A DNA stretch of 64,000 nucleotides. It comes from a virus (lineage: Duplodnaviria > Heunggongvirae > Uroviricota > Caudoviricetes). Position 1 is the first letter of the stretch; every line of letters starts with the position of its first letter. The notes under the pieces are model-generated. The model saw nothing but the letters and a program-made list of their open reading frames with translations. It was not told the DNA's origin and ran no database searches. Positions 62,500 through 64,000 of the stretch are shown piece after piece. The stretch lies in IMG/VR virus record IMGVR_UViG_3300036819_000070, one strand, 5' to 3'. Both the position numbers and the translations under genes were made by a program.

Positions 62500-62514
62500 T
62501 GGGAACCCTTTCGA

Positions 62515-64000
62515 TTACGTGATGTCGACGGTCGCTTTCGCGCCGTCAGTGAGTGACGCCGATCCGATCGTGTTGCGGGTTAGCGACGTCGATCCCGTGG
62601 CCCCAACGGTGACCAGCGCCTGCCCTTGGGTGGCGATGGTGACCACCACCACCGCTTCGGCCACACCAGTGACCACGACGAACCCGGCTTCGGGGAGCCA
62701 GCTCAGGACGTCGCCATGGGTACCGGCCAAAGCCAGCACGCACAGGCCGCCGACACCTGTTCGTTTGCCTGGTGAGGCCGCGCCGGTCAGGGCGACGTAG
62801 CTGCTGCCGGTCAGCCGGGCGAGCCGGTGGCCGGTGCCGGCGCTGAACAACCCGAGGGTGCACACGGCGGTGGCCGCCGCGTGTTTGCGCATCAGCCCGC
62901 TGGAAACCAGGCCCACACACGCCGTGCCGGTGCCGCCCGCGAGTTTCGTGACGCTGCCCGCGCCGCCCAACCCGAGGTAGATGGCCGCGACGGGCAGCGC
63001 CCTCTTAGTGGCGGCGCCGGTGGCGGCCACGCCGAGGGCCTGGCGGCCGGTGGTGATGGCGAGCCGAACGTCAATGCCGGTGGCGGTGAACCCAACGGGG
63101 CAGCTGCCCGTGGTCCCGGTGACCTTGCGGCCGGTACCGGTGGTGGTCAGCCCAACCGGGCAGCTGCCCGCCGACCCGACCACCTTGCGTGCGACCACGC
63201 CCGATGTGAGCCCCACGCTGGCCGTGGCGTGCTGGCCCGCGATGACCTTCCCAGCGGTGCTGGTGGCGGTGAACCCGAGCTGGCCGATACCGACCTGGCC
63301 GGCGATGACTTTGCCGCCGGTGCTGGCCGTCGACAAACCCAGCGAGCAAGACCCCGCAACAGCGGCGATCTTCGAGCTGCTGGCCGTGGCGGTGAGACCA
63401 ATGAACGCGGCAGGCGCTGGAGTGGGCTCTTTCTCGACGGCGGCCAGGCCCAGCGCGGCGATACCACCAGCGGGCGCGACCTTGCTCCCGGTGCCGGCGG
63501 TGGCCAGCCCGAGCGCGGTCGTGCCGTCCTGGGGGGCGGCCTTGCTGGCGGTGCTGGCGCCGGCGAGTCCCGCCGCGCTCGTGCCCGTTTCGACCGCGAC
63601 CTTGCGCGCGACCGAAGTGCCGGCGATACCAACGGGCCCGACACCTGTGTTCGGTGCGGCCTTACGCCCGGTGCCGGTGCTGGTGAGCCCGAGCGCGGCC
63701 CGGCCAGTGTCGGGTGCGGTCTTGCCTTGCGTGCCCGAGCTGGCCAACCCGAGCGCCGCCGAGCCACCTTGTGCGGCGGTGCGGTGTTGCGAACCGGTCG
63801 ACGTGACACCGATCGCGCTGGTGCCCTTATGCGCTGCGGTCCGGTGCTCAACACCGGTACCGGTAAGCCCAGCTGGGCTGGTGCCGCGCTGCGGTGCTGC
63901 CTTGCGGCCCACAACCGTGCTGGTGGCGCCCACAGCGCCCGTACCGGCCTGCGGGGTGAGCTTGTGCCCGATGCCCGTGCTGCTGAGCCCGGTGGCGCTG
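62515..64000 (-). CDS. Gly-rich repeat protein (minor tail/tail-fibre-like), 5' end beyond window
   Basis: ~19-aa periodic repeats G.ta.GL...GTg.k.Ap; frame stays open upstream of the GTG at 63933 to the window edge. Confidence 0.5.
   Translation of the reverse strand, partial: SATGLSSTGIGHKLTPQAGTGAVGATSTVVGRKAAPQRGTSPAGLTGTGVEHRTAAHKGTSAIGVTSTGSQHRTAAQGGSAALGLASSGTQGKTAPDTGRAALGLTSTGTGRKAAPNTGVGPVGIAGTSVARKVAVETGTSAAGLAGASTASKAAPQDGTTALGLATAGTGSKVAPAGGIAALGLAAVEKEPTPAPAAFIGLTATASSSKIAAVAGSCSLGLSTASTGGKVIAGQVGIGQLGFTATSTAGKVIAGQHATASVGLTSGVVARKVVGSAGSCPVGLTTTGTGRKVTGTTGSCPVGFTATGIDVRLAITTGRQALGVAATGAATKRALPVAAIYLGLGGAGSVTKLAGGTGTACVGLVSSGLMRKHAAATAVCTLGLFSAGTGHRLARLTGSSYVALTGAASPGKRTGVGGLCVLALAGTHGDVLSWLPEAGFVVVTGVAEAVVVVTIATQGQALVTVGATGSTSLTRNTIGSASLTDGAKATVDIT

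Noticed and set aside
1-64000. Classifying the whole window as host chromosome with a single bounded prophage
   Set aside because: The attP-like site is intact. Phage-type coupled small genes occur on both sides of the integrase, and lysis/tail genes sit at the far right. No clear host housekeeping block or attL/attR pair was found, so the phage-versus-prophage call is left open.

Overview
High-GC (~65%) actinobacteriophage-like sequence: a large temperate phage, plasmid-prophage or prophage carrying cargo. I could not decide between these from sequence alone.

Layout from left to right:
- 1-8.8 kb, plus strand. Early/replication genes: 5'-truncated RuvB-like ATPase, sliding-clamp-like protein, ArdC-like antirestriction protein and many small genes. 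Seven of the starts are preceded by the same ~20-nt motif 10-13 nt upstream of the start codon.
- 8.8-9.4 kb, strand switch. tRNA-Asp(GTC) sits inside a cluster of nine copies of the palindrome AAGCATGCTT; two more copies lie at 11.2 kb.
- 9.4-33.7 kb, long minus-strand module of translationally coupled genes. It contains Lsr2, a RuvC-like resolvase, a replisome-organizer-like protein, a vWA protein, a RecT/YqaJ-exonuclease pair, two adjacent ParB-like proteins and a candidate lysogeny switch.
- Within that module, a 1.26-kb non-coding pentanucleotide (GGCNN)n array at 21.7-22.9 kb. A second 0.26-kb array in inverted orientation lies at 33.7-34.0 kb, next to a strong terminator and the tyrosine integrase (34.0-35.2 kb).
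- 36.1-36.3 kb: an attP-like region with five CGTGCCAG arm-type repeats around a tRNA-3'-like core.
- 36-57.7 kb, mixed cargo: excisionase-like HTH, tRNA-Lys(TTT), class V aminotransferase (cysteine-desulfurase-like), tRNA-Met(CAT), GmhB-like HAD phosphatase, an aberrant 139-nt tRNA-like element, a partial tRNA 3' end, a hotdog thioesterase, a minus-strand module with a methyltransferase-like gene, an XRE(DUF5753)/DUF397 pair, and an ATP-dependent DNA ligase heading an operon of Cys/His-rich unknown proteins.
- 57.8-64 kb, minus strand: lysis/tail module with DUF1906-type endolysin, holin-like TM proteins, an NlpC/P60-like peptidase and a Gly-rich tail-fibre-like gene that runs off the window.

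No rRNA, CRISPR array or transposase was seen. Coordinates derived by hand carry +/-1-2 nt uncertainty.
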